From Thermostichus sp. DRC_bins_24 (lineage in GTDB: Bacteria; Cyanobacteriota; Cyanobacteriia; Thermostichales; Thermostichaceae): a stretch of 64,000 nt of DNA. Under the pieces are notes generated by a model. The model did no database searches and was not told the origin of the DNA. It saw only the letters and a list, made by a program, of their open reading frames with translations. Each line of letters begins with the position of its first letter. Within the stretch, counting starts at the first letter, position 1. Shown piece by piece: positions 1-12,383 of the stretch. The translations under genes and the position numbers were made by a program. The stretch lies in the NCBI GenBank assembly GCA_039794845.1, contig JAUQVK010000006.1, positions 1-64,000 of the forward strand, given 5' to 3'.

Positions 1-1
1 C

Positions 2-2275
2 GATGCTTTTCATGATGTGCTGGAACTGAGCCAAGGCGCCAAGGGCACGCTGGCGCGAACGGGCAATGGCTATGCCCGGCAGGTGATCGAGTCCTGGGCC
101 AATGGGGAGTGGTTTACCCAACGGGATCCCTTGGCGGAGGCCCTGACGGTGACGGTATTCAAGGTGCCGGGGGAGATCAACACCGACGATCTGTCCCCCG
201 CTGCCCATGCCACCACCCGCCCGGATATCCCACTCCATGCTCTGGTGATGTTGGAATCTCGCGCGCCGGGATCCCTGGCCGTCATCGCTGAGCTGAAGCA
301 AAAAGGCCATCCGGTGGCCTTTGTGGGGGATGTGGTGGGGACGGGATCCTCCCGCAAATCCGCCATCAACTCGGTGCTCTGGCATATCGGCCACGACATT
401 CCCCATGTGCCCAACAAGCGGGCTGGGGGAGTAATCCTGGGGGGCACGATTGCGCCGATTTTCTTCAACACTGCCGAAGATGCCGGGGCCCTACCGATTC
501 AGTGCGATGTCTCCCGGTTGGAAACGGGGATGGTGGTGACGATTTACCCGTACCAAGGGGTGATCAAATCTGAGGCGGGCGAGGTGCTCGCTACTTTTAC
601 CCTGAAGCCTGACACCCTCACCGATGAAGTGCGGGCGGGCGGACGGATCCCGCTGCTGATTGGCCGCGCCCTCACCGACAAAACGCGGCAAGCCCTGGGG
701 CTGGATCCCTCGCCTCTGTTTATTCGGCCCACCCCACCCGTGGATACCGGCAAAGGGTATACCCTAGCGCAAAAAATGGTGGGCAAAGCCTGTGGCTTGC
801 CGGGGGTGCGTCCGGGCATGAGCTGTGAACCCCTGATGACCACCGTGGGATCCCAGGACACCACCGGCCCCATGACCCGGGATGAGCTTAAAGAGCTGGC
901 CTGCCTGGGCTTTAATGCCGATTTGGTTTTGCAGAGTTTTTGCCACACGGCAGCCTATCCCAAGCCGGTGGATATCAAAACCCAGAAAGAGCTGCCGGAC
1001 TTTTTTGCCTCACGGGGGGGGGTGGTGCTGCGGCCTGGGGATGGCATCATCCACTCCTGGCTGAACCGGATGCTTCTGCCCGATACGGTGGGCACCGGCG
1101 GCGATTCCCACACGCGCTTCCCTTTGGGGATCTCCTTTCCGGCGGGATCCGGCTTGGTGGCCTTTGCAGCGGCCTTGGGGGTGATGCCCTTGGATATGCC
1201 CGAATCGGTGCTGGTGCGCTTTACGGGGGAACTGCAACCGGGGATCACCCTGCGGGATATCGTCCACGCCATCCCCTATGTGGCCATTCAAAAGGGCCTC
1301 TTAACGGTTGAGAAAAAAGGCAAAAAGAACGTCTTTGCCGGACGGATTATGGAGATCGAGGGCCTGCCCGATCTGAAGGTGGAACAAGCCTTTGAGTTTA
1401 CGGATGCGTCGGCGGAGCGCAACTGTGCCGGCTGCACCATTAAGTTGGGGGTTGAGACCATTTCAGAATATCTGCGCTCCAATGTTGTCCTGCTCAAAAA
1501 CATGATCGCCCGGGGCTACCAAGATGCCAGAACCCTGCTGCGGCGTATTGCCAAAATGGAAGCATGGCTGGCCCATCCCACGTTAATGGAAGCCGACAGC
1601 GATGCCGAATATGCCGAGATCCTTGAGATCGATCTCAACACCATTACCGAACCGATTGTCTGTGCCCCCAACGACCCGGATAAGGTAATGACCCTAAGCG
1701 AGGTCTATGCCCAACATGCGGCGGGCAATCCCGACACCCCGATCAAAATTGATGAAGTGTTCATCGGCTCCTGCATGACCAATATCGGCCACTATCGCGC
1801 AGCGGCCAAGGTTTTGGAGGGCCAAGGACGGGCCAAAGTAAAGCAATTTTGGATCTGCCCCCCCACCCGCATGGATGAATCGCAGCTGCGCTCGGAAGGG
1901 GTGTACGGCACCTTTGCCGCCGTCGGGGCCAGAACGGAAATGCCGGGCTGTAGCCTCTGTATGGGCAATCAAGCCCGCGTGGAAGATGGAGCCACGGTGA
2001 TGTCCACCTCAACGCGCAACTTCAACAATCGCATGGGCAAAGATGCCCGGGTTTACCTGGGATCCGCCGAATTGTCCGCTGCTTGTGCATTATTGGGACG
2101 GATCCCCTCCCCCGAGGAATATCAGGATATTGTGGCCAGTAAAATTCAACCGTTTGCTGGAGAACTCTATCGCTATCTCAACTTCCATGAGATCCCGGAT
2201 TTTGAAAATGAAGGGCGGGTGATTCCCCTCGATCAAATGCCCAAAATCGAGGATTTGTTGGGGATCCCGTCGTGA
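2..2275 (+). CDS. acnB: Aconitate hydratase B (5'-truncated by window edge)
   Basis: Motifs [56 protein letters not shown]; frame is open from position 2. Confidence 0.97.
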   Translation, partial: DAFHDVLELSQGAKGTLARTGNGYARQVIESWANGEWFTQRDPLAEALTVTVFKVPGEINTDDLSPAAHATTRPDIPLHALVMLESRAPGSLAVIAELKQKGHPVAFVGDVVGTGSSRKSAINSVLWHIGHDIPHVPNKRAGGVILGGTIAPIFFNTAEDAGALPIQCDVSRLETGMVVTIYPYQGVIKSEAGEVLATFTLKPDTLTDEVRAGGRIPLLIGRALTDKTRQALGLDPSPLFIRPTPPVDTGKGYTLAQKMVGKACGLPGVRPGMSCEPLMTTVGSQDTTGPMTRDELKELACLGFNADLVLQSFCHTAAYPKPVDIKTQKELPDFFASRGGVVLRPGDGIIHSWLNRMLLPDTVGTGGDSHTRFPLGISFPAGSGLVAFAAALGVMPLDMPESVLVRFTGELQPGITLRDIVHAIPYVAIQKGLLTVEKKGKKNVFAGRIMEIEGLPDLKVEQAFEFTDASAERNCAGCTIKLGVETISEYLRSNVVLLKNMIARGYQDARTLLRRIAKMEAWLAHPTLMEADSDAEYAEILEIDLNTITEPIVCAPNDPDKVMTLSEVYAQHAAGNPDTPIKIDEVFIGSCMTNIGHYRAAAKVLEGQGRAKVKQFWICPPTRMDESQLRSEGVYGTFAAVGARTEMPGCSLCMGNQARVEDGATVMSTSTRNFNNRMGKDARVYLGSAELSAACALLGRIPSPEEYQDIVASKIQPFAGELYRYLNFHEIPDFENEGRVIPLDQMPKIEDLLGIPS

Positions 2276-2404
2276 TGGCCTCCTGAGGGATTCCTAGGGC
2301 AGGCTATGCAGAGGTTTATGATCGCGCAATAGGGTGTCCTGGGTTTACCCCGCCGAGGTACACTCACTCCAATGAGAATGAGATAAGAACGATACACTTT
2401 CTGA

Positions 2405-2476
2405 CTCCCCTTTCCCGCTCTGGGGGAGGAGCTAGGGGCTACGGCCGGGGCTACGCTGCGCGAAGGGGGTGAGGGG
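2405..2476. repeat. REP-like / short dispersed repeat with imperfect hairpin between convergent genes
   Basis: CTCCCCTTTCCC...GGGGGAGGAGCTAGGGG...GGGGTGAGGGG resembles the CTCCCC..GGGAGAGGGG..GGGGTGAGGG intergenic repeats of cyanobacteria; GGGGCTACG occurs twice inside it. Confidence 0.45.
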
Positions 2477-2515
2477 TCTGTTTCAGCCTCAATGGCAATG
2501 AATTGCAATGACTAT

Positions 2516-2543
2516 AACTAAAACTAAGAAACTAAAACTAAGA
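2516..2543. repeat. 14-bp tandem duplication (AACTAAAACTAAGA x2)
   Basis: Read directly; lies just past the stop of the minus-strand amidohydrolase. Confidence 0.9.
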
Positions 2544-2548
2544 ATCGC

Positions 2549-3739
2549 CTAATTCAAGGCTTGCCCGGTGTAGTTTTCAATGCAGCGCAAGAACAGCTCT
2601 ACCCCGATGCCGAGGGCACTTTCGTCAAAGTCGAAACGGGGGTGGTGGTGGGGGTAATCCAGGCCCTTTTCGGAGTTGGCGGATCCGACAAAAAAGTAGC
2701 AGCCCGGTACTTCGTTCATAAAGAAAGAAACATCTTCTCCCCCCATGGTCATTTCGGGAATGATCACGGCCTCCGAGCCAAAGACTTGCCGGACAGATTT
2801 CTCCACCAGTGCTGTCATGGCAGGGTCGTTGTGCACCGCCGGATAGCGCCGCTCAAACTGAAACTCGTAGGTTGCTCCGTGGGCTTGGCAAATACCGGCC
2901 ACGATTTCTTCAATGCGCTTGGGGATCAATTCCGCCACTTCGGGATGAAAACTGCGCACGGTGCCCCAAATTTCTGCGCTGGGGGCAATGACGTTGAAGG
3001 CATCGCCCGCCCGGAAGCGGCCCACCGTCACCACCGCCGGCAACATCGGATCCACATTGCGGGAGACAATGGTCTGCAACGCCGAAACAATCTGGGATCC
3101 CACCACAATCGCATCCACCGTTTGATGAGGGATGGCGGCATGCCCTCCCCGCCCGATCACCTGAATTTGAAAGCGGTCGGCAAAGGCCATCGAGGGGCCA
3201 CTTTTCACCCCAATGCTGCCCAAAGGACGGTTGTTCCACAGGTGCAGGCCGAGGATCCCTTCCACATCCGGGTTCTTCAGCACCCCAGCCTCTAGCATCG
3301 GTTTGGCGCCCCCAGGCCCTTCTTCGGCGGGTTGAAAAATAACCTTAACCCTGCCCCTCAGGTGTTGGCGGTGCTGCTGCAACAGCTTGGCGGTGCCCAT
3401 GGCAATGGCAGTATGGCCGTCGTGTCCACAGGCGTGCATGGTATTGGGCAGACAGGAGCGGTACTCCACTTCATTGGCTTCTTCGATGGGCAGAGCATCC
3501 ATATCCGCCCGCAACGCCAAGGTTGGCCCCGGCTGTTCTCCCTCGATGATGGCCACAATACCGGTGTGGGCAATGCCGGTCTGGTGAGGGATCCCCCAAC
3601 TTTTCAGGCGCTGGCTGATGTAAGCGGCAGTCTGCTCCTCCCGAAAGCCCAGCTCTGGATACTTGTGGATGTGGCGGCGCCAGGTCACCAACTCCGGTTG
3701 TAGGGCTTGAACAGCAGGGCGAAGGGAGGGAAGGGGCAT
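2549..3739 (-). CDS. M20D family amidohydrolase (N-acyl-L-amino acid amidohydrolase-like)
   Basis: RRHIHKYPELGF, LRADMDALP, MHACGHDGH, FQPAEEG, GGEDVSF, HHHPRFDFDE. Confidence 0.92.
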   Translation of the reverse strand: MPLPSLRPAVQALQPELVTWRRHIHKYPELGFREEQTAAYISQRLKSWGIPHQTGIAHTGIVAIIEGEQPGPTLALRADMDALPIEEANEVEYRSCLPNTMHACGHDGHTAIAMGTAKLLQQHRQHLRGRVKVIFQPAEEGPGGAKPMLEAGVLKNPDVEGILGLHLWNNRPLGSIGVKSGPSMAFADRFQIQVIGRGGHAAIPHQTVDAIVVGSQIVSALQTIVSRNVDPMLPAVVTVGRFRAGDAFNVIAPSAEIWGTVRSFHPEVAELIPKRIEEIVAGICQAHGATYEFQFERRYPAVHNDPAMTALVEKSVRQVFGSEAVIIPEMTMGGEDVSFFMNEVPGCYFFVGSANSEKGLDYPHHHPRFDFDESALGIGVELFLRCIENYTGQALN

Positions 3740-3944
3740 AGCTAACCTAAAAAAACTTTAAGAAAGACCTTTACGAAAGGTTCGTGCCGGTTGCATCAGT
3801 ATGGCAAAGGTTTTGTCAAGGCTGTTGAGCTCTTGGGCACATTCTTGCGGTTCAGAATCCACAAGTTCTTTCTCTACTTTCTCTAGAGGATCCGGTTGAC
3901 CATCAATCCTTTGAGCCGAGAAGCCCAGACCTGAGATCTTCTCT

Positions 3945-4742
3945 TTATGCCCACTGGGATCCGGTTTCTGGCGGTAGATCCTGCCAACGGCCTGGCCCCA
4001 CCGCCCGCACAGCCTCCTTCAGTGGGATGGCCCCCGAGTAGAGGGCTTTACCCAGAATCGCCCCCGCCAAACCCGGCAAGCTCAACAGGGCAAGCAAATC
4101 CGTCAGAGAGCCGATCCCCCCCGAAGCAATCACCGGCAACTGCGAAATGGCGAGGATCTCCCGCAACTGTTCCAGATTGGGGCCGGTGAGGGTGCCATCA
4201 CGGTGAATGTCGGTGTAGATGATCCCGGCAGCCCCTTGTTCCCCGACCCGCTTCACCAGCTCGGTGGCCAGCAAGGGGGTTGTGCTCAGCCAGCCGCGGG
4301 TAGCCACTTGCCCTTGACGAGCATCGATTCCCACCCAAACCCGGCCAGGTAGGTGCTGGGTCATGGCCGCGAAAGTGGTGGGATCCTCCGCCGCTAGGGT
4401 GCCGACGATCACCCGATCCACCCCCAAGTCCAGTAGTTGTTTGGCCCGTTCAATCGAGCGGATCCCACCCCCCACCTGTACCGGAATGGCCAGCCTTTGC
4501 ACGATGTGCTCGATAATTGGCAGGTTGATCGGATCCCCACTTTTGGCCCCATCCAAATCCACCAAATGCAGGCGGGCGGCCCCCTGTTCGGCCCACTCTT
4601 CGGCTTGCTGTACCGGATCGGCAGCCACCTGCTCCGCCTGCCCATAATCCCCCTGGTAGAGGCGTACCGCTTGGCCCTGCAGCAGATCGATAGCAGGGAT
4701 CACCTCCAAAAATGCAGAGGGGGTTTGGTTGGCCTCCGGCAT
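3945..4742 (-). CDS. hisA: ProFAR isomerase
   Basis: VIPAIDL, LHLVDLDGA, VQVGGGIRS, YTDIHRDGTL, VIASGGIGS. Confidence 0.96.
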   Translation of the reverse strand: MPEANQTPSAFLEVIPAIDLLQGQAVRLYQGDYGQAEQVAADPVQQAEEWAEQGAARLHLVDLDGAKSGDPINLPIIEHIVQRLAIPVQVGGGIRSIERAKQLLDLGVDRVIVGTLAAEDPTTFAAMTQHLPGRVWVGIDARQGQVATRGWLSTTPLLATELVKRVGEQGAAGIIYTDIHRDGTLTGPNLEQLREILAISQLPVIASGGIGSLTDLLALLSLPGLAGAILGKALYSGAIPLKEAVRAVGPGRWQDLPPETGSQWA

Positions 4743-4836
4743 GACAGGGATCCCTTGGGTCAGATCAGCCCTTCCAGTATCGCCCGGGAGGCACCTTCCT
4801 TAAGCGGAGATAATGGGAGAACCTCCTGGGTTGCCC

Positions 4837-6171
4837 ATGAATGCCCGTCAATTGGCGCTGCTGGCCTTGCAGAAAATCGAGCGGCAAGATGCCTATGCCG
4901 ATCGGGTTCTTGAGCATCTGTTGTCGGGTAGCAATCTCATTCCCGCCGATCGCCACCTGGTCAGCGAATTGGTGTACGGCATTACCCGTCGCCGCCGCAC
5001 CCTGGATGCCCTGATCGATTGCTTTGCCCAGCGCCCCGCCCACAAACAACCCCCCGATCTCAGGTTGATTTTGCAGATGGGGCTATACCAGCTGGCTTTT
5101 TTGGATCACATCCCTGCCAGTGCCGCCATCCATACCAGTGTGGAATTGGCCCGACAGGTGGGCCTGGGATCCCTAACGGGGGTGGTGAATGGCATTTTGC
5201 GAACCTATCAACGCCAAATGCAGGGGGATCCCCTACAACCGCTGCGAGATCGGCTGCCCCAAGACCCTATTCAAACCTTGGGGATATTGCATAGTTTTCC
5301 CGATTGGCTGGTGCGGCTGTGGTGGGAACAACTGGGGCCAACCGAAACCGAACAGTTGTGCCGATGGTTCAACCAGCCCCCCCACCTGGACTTGCGCATC
5401 AATCCCCTGCGGGCAGATGGGCAGCAGGTTCGCCACGCCCTCGCCCAGGCAGGGATCCCCACAACGTCTATTCCGGGGGTGCCCGGCGCTTTGCGGCTAC
5501 AGAGGCATGCTGGCGAAATTACCGCCCTGCCAGGTTTTGCCCAAGGATGGTGGACGGTTCAAGATGCCAGCGCTCAGCAGGTGGTGCAATGGCTGGATCC
5601 CCAGCCGGGAGAACGGGTGATCGACTGTTGTGCCGCTCCGGGGGGCAAAACCACTCACATTGCCGAACACATGCAGGATGAAGGGGAAATTTGGGGGTTG
5701 GATCGCTACACCCATCGCCTTAAGCGCCTAGAGGAGAATGCCCAGCGGCTGGGTTTGAGGGCGATTCGTTCTCTCGCCATCGATCTACTGGAGTTGGCCT
5801 CTGTTGAAACCCCCCCCGCCCCCTTGCCCACCTGGAACAGTGCCGACCGGGTTCTGCTGGATGCCCCCTGTTCGGGGTTGGGAACCCTACACCGTCATGC
5901 CGATGCCCGTTGGCGACAAACCCCAGACCCCATTCGGGAGTTGGCCCGGTTACAAACTCAGCTATTGCGCATCGCCGCCCGTTGGGTGAAGCCGGGCGGA
6001 GTGTTGGTGTACGCCACCTGTACGCTGCACCCTGCCGAAAATGAGGATATTGTTCAAGCGTTTCTTGAATGCCAACCCGATTGGGCTGCAGAAGGGGATC
6101 CCCTCCTGATATGGCCCCATCGGCAGGATCAAGATGGCTTTTTCAGTCAAAGACTGCGGCGACACCCTTAA
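4837..6171 (+). CDS. rsmB: 16S rRNA m5C967 methyltransferase (Sun/RsmB)
   Basis: NusB-like N-terminus, VQDASAQ, DCCAAPGGKT, LLDAPCSGLG, YATCT; alternative start 4813. Confidence 0.94.
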   Translation: MNARQLALLALQKIERQDAYADRVLEHLLSGSNLIPADRHLVSELVYGITRRRRTLDALIDCFAQRPAHKQPPDLRLILQMGLYQLAFLDHIPASAAIHTSVELARQVGLGSLTGVVNGILRTYQRQMQGDPLQPLRDRLPQDPIQTLGILHSFPDWLVRLWWEQLGPTETEQLCRWFNQPPHLDLRINPLRADGQQVRHALAQAGIPTTSIPGVPGALRLQRHAGEITALPGFAQGWWTVQDASAQQVVQWLDPQPGERVIDCCAAPGGKTTHIAEHMQDEGEIWGLDRYTHRLKRLEENAQRLGLRAIRSLAIDLLELASVETPPAPLPTWNSADRVLLDAPCSGLGTLHRHADARWRQTPDPIRELARLQTQLLRIAARWVKPGGVLVYATCTLHPAENEDIVQAFLECQPDWAAEGDPLLIWPHRQDQDGFFSQRLRRHP

Positions 6172-6267
6172 CATCAAACAAGCATCAAACAGGGGATGCA
6201 CATTATCCGGCACCCCCGAGAACGAGCCTTCTGTACTGTAACGAGCTACAGACCGGCGCAGGATCCC

Positions 6268-6384
6268 TTACTCCATATCGCGACGGTTGGGGTTGCGAGA
6301 GGGGTCATTGCTCAAGAAACCAAACACAAAAAGCCCAACAAAAAAGATCACGACAGCGTAAACAGAGATTTTGAGTAGCAGCAT
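6268..6384 (-). CDS. psbI: Photosystem II reaction centre protein I (38 aa)
   Basis: [38 protein letters not shown], a classic PsbI sequence. Confidence 0.97.
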   Translation of the reverse strand: MLLLKISVYAVVIFFVGLFVFGFLSNDPSRNPNRRDME

Positions 6385-6778
6385 AGTCTTAGTAACCCGT
6401 TTCTGACTGAATGAACTGAATGAAGGGATAAAGCAATGGTAAAGCAGAGGCGGAACGGCCCAGAGACGGGATCCCGTCAAACCTGAGGCTCCGCAAAACT
6501 TCTTCACAACATCATACCCCCCAGGGCAGCCGGATCCGGCTGGATTCCCCCGATTGACCCCAAGAGATCCCCAATGTGTTTTCCTAAACAGGGCTGTAAG
6601 CCATACAACGCCCTCCAGACAGGGATCCCTGGCCAATCCTAAGATTGTTAAGAAATGTTTTAAGTTGGGAGAGGAAGATTACGCCACCGAAGGCTGCATC
6701 GGCAGATCGGATGTGTGAACATGGGGTTCGCGGCGTCCTGTTGGCCGGCATTTGCCGGATCATGTGTTGGATTTGTTC

Positions 6779-8732
<1,954 letters not shown>

Positions 8733-8755
8733 CCTTTTTGAAAATCGCTGAAACC

Positions 8756-9397
8756 CTAGGGGCTGGGCAAAGGGTCTGTGGATTGGCCGATCCACGTTGA
8801 GCTGGCCTCTTCTTCCTCGCCGGCAACCCAAGTGGCGGGATCCACCAAACGCACCTGGATTTGGTTAGCGGGCACCCGATTGAGGCGTTCTTTGATCAGG
8901 GCTTCCTGTTGCAAGGGATCCATCCCCCGATCCACCCCATCCTGCAGCCGCGAAACCCGAGTTCCCAAAACTTCAATATGCTGTTCCAAAACCTGCAACC
9001 GGTGGTACTGGGCCAACTGCACGGGTAGGAGACGATACAGACCGCTGAGGGCAGCAGCCGTAAACAAAACATTCACCCCAATGCGGCAGGCCATCTCCCA
9101 AGCCTGAGGATCCTGGGCAGGCCCTTTCTGAGAACGGGAGCGCCGATTGCGAACCGGAACCGCCCGTACCGTGGAAACTTTGGGAGAGGGCGAGGCTCCC
9201 TTTGCCCGTTGCGGCTTTGTTCCGGCAGAAGATACCTGTCCCTGCGGACGCCGAACCAGCGGAGCAGAGGAGACGGGAAGGCCCAGCCGAGGCCCAGAAA
9301 CCTGCTCCACACGTAGGGATACGTGCCGAGCCAGAGTACGGGGAGAAGACTTGGGTGTCACGGGTGAAGAGAAGGAGGTAAGGGGATGATAAGTCAC
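8756..9397 (-). CDS. Hypothetical membrane protein with one TM segment and a coiled coil (FtsB/FtsL-like architecture), downstream of psaM
   Basis: Basic disordered N-terminus, hydrophobic IGVNVLFTAAALSGLYRLLP, heptad LQVLEQHIEVLGTRVSRLQ, DP..QE. Confidence 0.6.
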   Translation of the reverse strand: MTYHPLTSFSSPVTPKSSPRTLARHVSLRVEQVSGPRLGLPVSSAPLVRRPQGQVSSAGTKPQRAKGASPSPKVSTVRAVPVRNRRSRSQKGPAQDPQAWEMACRIGVNVLFTAAALSGLYRLLPVQLAQYHRLQVLEQHIEVLGTRVSRLQDGVDRGMDPLQQEALIKERLNRVPANQIQVRLVDPATWVAGEEEEASSTWIGQSTDPLPSP

Positions 9398-9562
9398 CTC
9401 TGCTGCCAGGAAGCGCAGCTAGGGCCTATTGAAGCCGATTTTTCCAAAAGTGTCAGGCTTTGAGACAAAGCATTTTTTAGAAATCCCCTCACTTCCCCAA
9501 CAAAAAAGCCCACCTCACAGTGGGCCGGAGGGATTCAGCGTGAAATCTCGAGAGGAAATCCT

Positions 9563-9655
9563 TCAGCTACGGGCCAAGCCAGCTCCCAAAAGCAGTGCCA
9601 TCACCGCAGGAACCAAAGCAATAGCCAGAATGGTGAAGACTTGCGAGTCCGTCAT
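9563..9655 (-). CDS. psaM: Photosystem I subunit XII (30 aa), not in ORF track
   Basis: Manual translation [31 protein letters not shown]-x-Q..AL(V/I)PA..A..L pattern; GGAG RBS upstream. Confidence 0.85.
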   Translation of the reverse strand: MTDSQVFTILAIALVPAVMALLLGAGLARS

Positions 9656-9856
9656 AACCAACTCCCTAACGATGGAACTCCGTTCCGCATAGGTGAACCC
9701 CCTCACTTTACCGTGGCCTCAGGGGGTGCTTTTGAATCGGAAGGAAAAGCTCAAAATTCTTTACAGAGTCCTTGCCGGCCCTGGGTCCGGCTCCTGTCCC
9801 ATCGGCTTGGGCTAACCGTGCTACGATGGCGTGGCGGTTTAAGCTCCTTCAGGATC

Positions 9857-11182
9857 ATGGTGGTTGCTCCTCAAAGTCTGCAAATCCAACGGGATAGTCT
9901 GGCGATTTTGGCGGAAACGGATCCGCTGGTCTTTGGCCTGATTGGGCAAGAGCTGAACCGACAGCGGGATCACCTGGAGATGATCGCCAGCGAGAACTTC
10001 ACTTCGCCAGCCGTTTTGGCGGCCCAAGGCTCGGTGCTGACCAACAAATATGCCGAAGGTTTGCCGGGTAAGCGCTACTACGGCGGCTGTGAATTCGTGG
10101 ACGAGCTCGAACAACTGGCCATCGATCGGGCCAAGCAGCTGTTTGGGGCCGCCCACGCCAATGTGCAACCCCATTCGGGAGCCCAGGCCAATTTCGCCGT
10201 TTTTCTGGCCCTCCTGCAGCCGGGCGACACGATTATGGGCATGGATTTGTCCCACGGCGGTCATCTCACCCACGGCTCACCGGTGAATGTGTCGGGGAAA
10301 TGGTTCCAGGTGGTGCATTACGGGGTGGATCCCCAAACGGAGCGGATTGACTTTGAGCAGGTGCGTGCTCTGGCGTTGCAACACCGGCCCAAGTTGATCA
10401 TCTGTGGCTACTCCGCCTACCCTCGGGTGATCGACTTTGCCGCCTTCCGGGCCATTGCTGACGAAGTGGGTGCCTATCTGCTGGCGGATATTGCCCATAT
10501 TGCCGGCTTGGTGGCGACGGGCCATCATCCCAACCCTGTTCCCCTCTGCGATGTGGTCACCACCACCACCCACAAAACGCTGCGGGGGCCACGCGGTGGT
10601 TTGATCTTGACTCGGGATCCCGAGCTGGGCAAAAAGTTGGACAAAGCCGTGTTTCCCGGCAGCCAAGGGGGGCCGTTGGAGCACGTAATTGCCGGCAAGG
10701 CGGTGGCCTTCGGGGAGGCTCTGCAACCGAGTTTTTCGGAGTATTCGGCCCAGGTGATCGCCAATGCCCGAGCCCTGGCGGCATCCCTGCAAAGCCGAGG
10801 CATCCGGCTGGTGTCGGGAGGGACAGACAATCATTTGATGCTGTTGGATCTGCGCTCGGTTTCGGCAGTGTTGGAACAAGCGGGGGCAGCGGATCCCTTG
10901 ATGACGGGCAAACGGGCGGATCAGCTGATGGATAGCATTCACATTACCGCCAACAAAAATACCATCCCCTTCGACCCGCAATCTCCGTTTGTCGCCAGCG
11001 GTTTGCGCCTGGGATCCCCGGCTTTGACCACTCGCGGCTTGGGGTCGGTAGAATTTGGGCAGATCGGGGACATTATTGCCGACTGCCTGTTTCATCCGGA
11101 AGATGCCGCCGGGTTAGCAGCCTGTCGGCAGCGGGTGGCACAGCTTTGCCGTCGTTTCCCCCTTTACCCCCACCTGGGATAA
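9857..11182 (+). CDS. glyA: Serine hydroxymethyltransferase
   Basis: [52 protein letters not shown]. Confidence 0.98.
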   Translation: MVVAPQSLQIQRDSLAILAETDPLVFGLIGQELNRQRDHLEMIASENFTSPAVLAAQGSVLTNKYAEGLPGKRYYGGCEFVDELEQLAIDRAKQLFGAAHANVQPHSGAQANFAVFLALLQPGDTIMGMDLSHGGHLTHGSPVNVSGKWFQVVHYGVDPQTERIDFEQVRALALQHRPKLIICGYSAYPRVIDFAAFRAIADEVGAYLLADIAHIAGLVATGHHPNPVPLCDVVTTTTHKTLRGPRGGLILTRDPELGKKLDKAVFPGSQGGPLEHVIAGKAVAFGEALQPSFSEYSAQVIANARALAASLQSRGIRLVSGGTDNHLMLLDLRSVSAVLEQAGAADPLMTGKRADQLMDSIHITANKNTIPFDPQSPFVASGLRLGSPALTTRGLGSVEFGQIGDIIADCLFHPEDAAGLAACRQRVAQLCRRFPLYPHLG

Positions 11183-11197
11183 TCTCTACGGCTTGCC

Positions 11198-12304
11198 ATG
11201 CCCTACTTGGTCGCCTTCCTTGCTGCTGCCTGTGTGGTCTTGTGGGCAACCCCCATGGTCAAGGCAGTCGGGATCCGTAGCGGCCAGTTGGATCTACCGG
11301 ATGAGCGGAAAATTCACCAGCAGCCGATGGTGCGCCTGGGGGGCATCTCCATTTTTTGTGGCAATCTGGTGGCGCTGCTGCTGCTGTGGGGGGCAGGGGC
11401 ATTTGGGGGCCTGCGCACTGAGCAGGAATACGAAATTTGGGGGGTGACGATCGGCGGGGTTTTGTTTTTTTTGATCGGGCTGGCAGACGATCTGTTTCGG
11501 CTGTCCCCCTTTTCCCGCCTGTTGATGCAGTTTGTGGTTGCCACCGCTGCTTGGGGGGTGGGGGTGCGCATCGAGTTTATCAGTCTGCCGGGATGGGGAA
11601 TCTGGTCGTTTCCCGTCTGGCTGAGTTTGCTGATCACCCTATTTTGGTTGGTGGGCATGGCCAATGCCATCAATTTTATGGATGGGTTGGATGGCTTGGC
11701 GGCGGGGGTGTCGGGGATTGCGGCGGTGGTGATGCTGATGGTGACCTTGCTGTTGGATCGCCCTTCGGCGGCCATGATCGCGGCGGCCTTGGCGGGAGCC
11801 TGTTTGGGGTTTTTGCGCTACAACTTCAATCCGGCCCAAATATTCATGGGGGATGGGGGAGCCTATTTTTTGGGGTTTACCCTGGCGGGGATTGGGGTAA
11901 TCGGGGTGGCCAAGGTGGTGACGACGCTGGCAGTGGCCCTGCCCTTTTGTATTTTGGCGGTGCCGATTTTGGATATGTCCACGGTGATCGTTAAGCGGCT
12001 TTCGAAGGGGCAGTCTCCCTTTCACCCGGATAAGGGACATTTGCACCATCGTCTCCTCAAGGCGGGACTTTCCCAACGGCATTCGGTGCTGCTCATCTAT
12101 GCCATGACCCTCTGGGTGGGATCCTTGGCCTTGGCCTTGGCGGGCCTACCGGCGGGAGGAACCTATTTGGGGGGGGCCTCTTTGGTGCTGGGGGGAGTGG
12201 CTTGGGGGGCCTGGCAACGGCATCGCCAACGGAACAGGCGGATCCAGGAGAAGGGATCCCTGCCCCCGGGTATGAATTCGCAACGGGATTCAAAGTCTCG
12301 TTAA
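11198..12304 (+). CDS. MraY/WecA-family undecaprenyl-phosphate GlcNAc-1-phosphate transferase
   Basis: RKIH..P..RLGG, GLADD, NAINFMDGLDGLA, NFNPAQIFMGDGG, DKGHLHHRL; multiple TM segments. Confidence 0.92.
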   Translation: MPYLVAFLAAACVVLWATPMVKAVGIRSGQLDLPDERKIHQQPMVRLGGISIFCGNLVALLLLWGAGAFGGLRTEQEYEIWGVTIGGVLFFLIGLADDLFRLSPFSRLLMQFVVATAAWGVGVRIEFISLPGWGIWSFPVWLSLLITLFWLVGMANAINFMDGLDGLAAGVSGIAAVVMLMVTLLLDRPSAAMIAAALAGACLGFLRYNFNPAQIFMGDGGAYFLGFTLAGIGVIGVAKVVTTLAVALPFCILAVPILDMSTVIVKRLSKGQSPFHPDKGHLHHRLLKAGLSQRHSVLLIYAMTLWVGSLALALAGLPAGGTYLGGASLVLGGVAWGAWQRHRQRNRRIQEKGSLPPGMNSQRDSKSR

Positions 12305-12383
12305 TCTTGGCTGGTTCTTCCCCCGGATCTGCCCAGGCTGAACTAGGGTGAAGAAAAGACCTTGTGCACTTGGATCCCTGGCC

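Noticed and set aside
2561..3295. Long antisense ORFs (also 10277-11095, 40876-41916, 46310-47023, 49373-50308, 22184-22951)
   Set aside because: They shadow well-supported genes on the opposite strand, as expected in GC-rich coding DNA, and show no recognisable motifs
6639..6664. HLR1/RpaB-like direct repeat upstream of psbI (TAAGATTGTTAAGAAATGTTTTAAG)
   Set aside because: Too many mismatches to the (G/T)TTACA(T/A)(T/A) repeat to support a call
9641..9856. N-terminal extension of GlyA in the ORF track (similarly PurM 56034-56141, RpsA 46142-46222, PsbI 6385-6636)
   Set aside because: Artefacts of taking the most upstream start; family homology begins at the downstream starts, and the GlyA extension overlaps psaM
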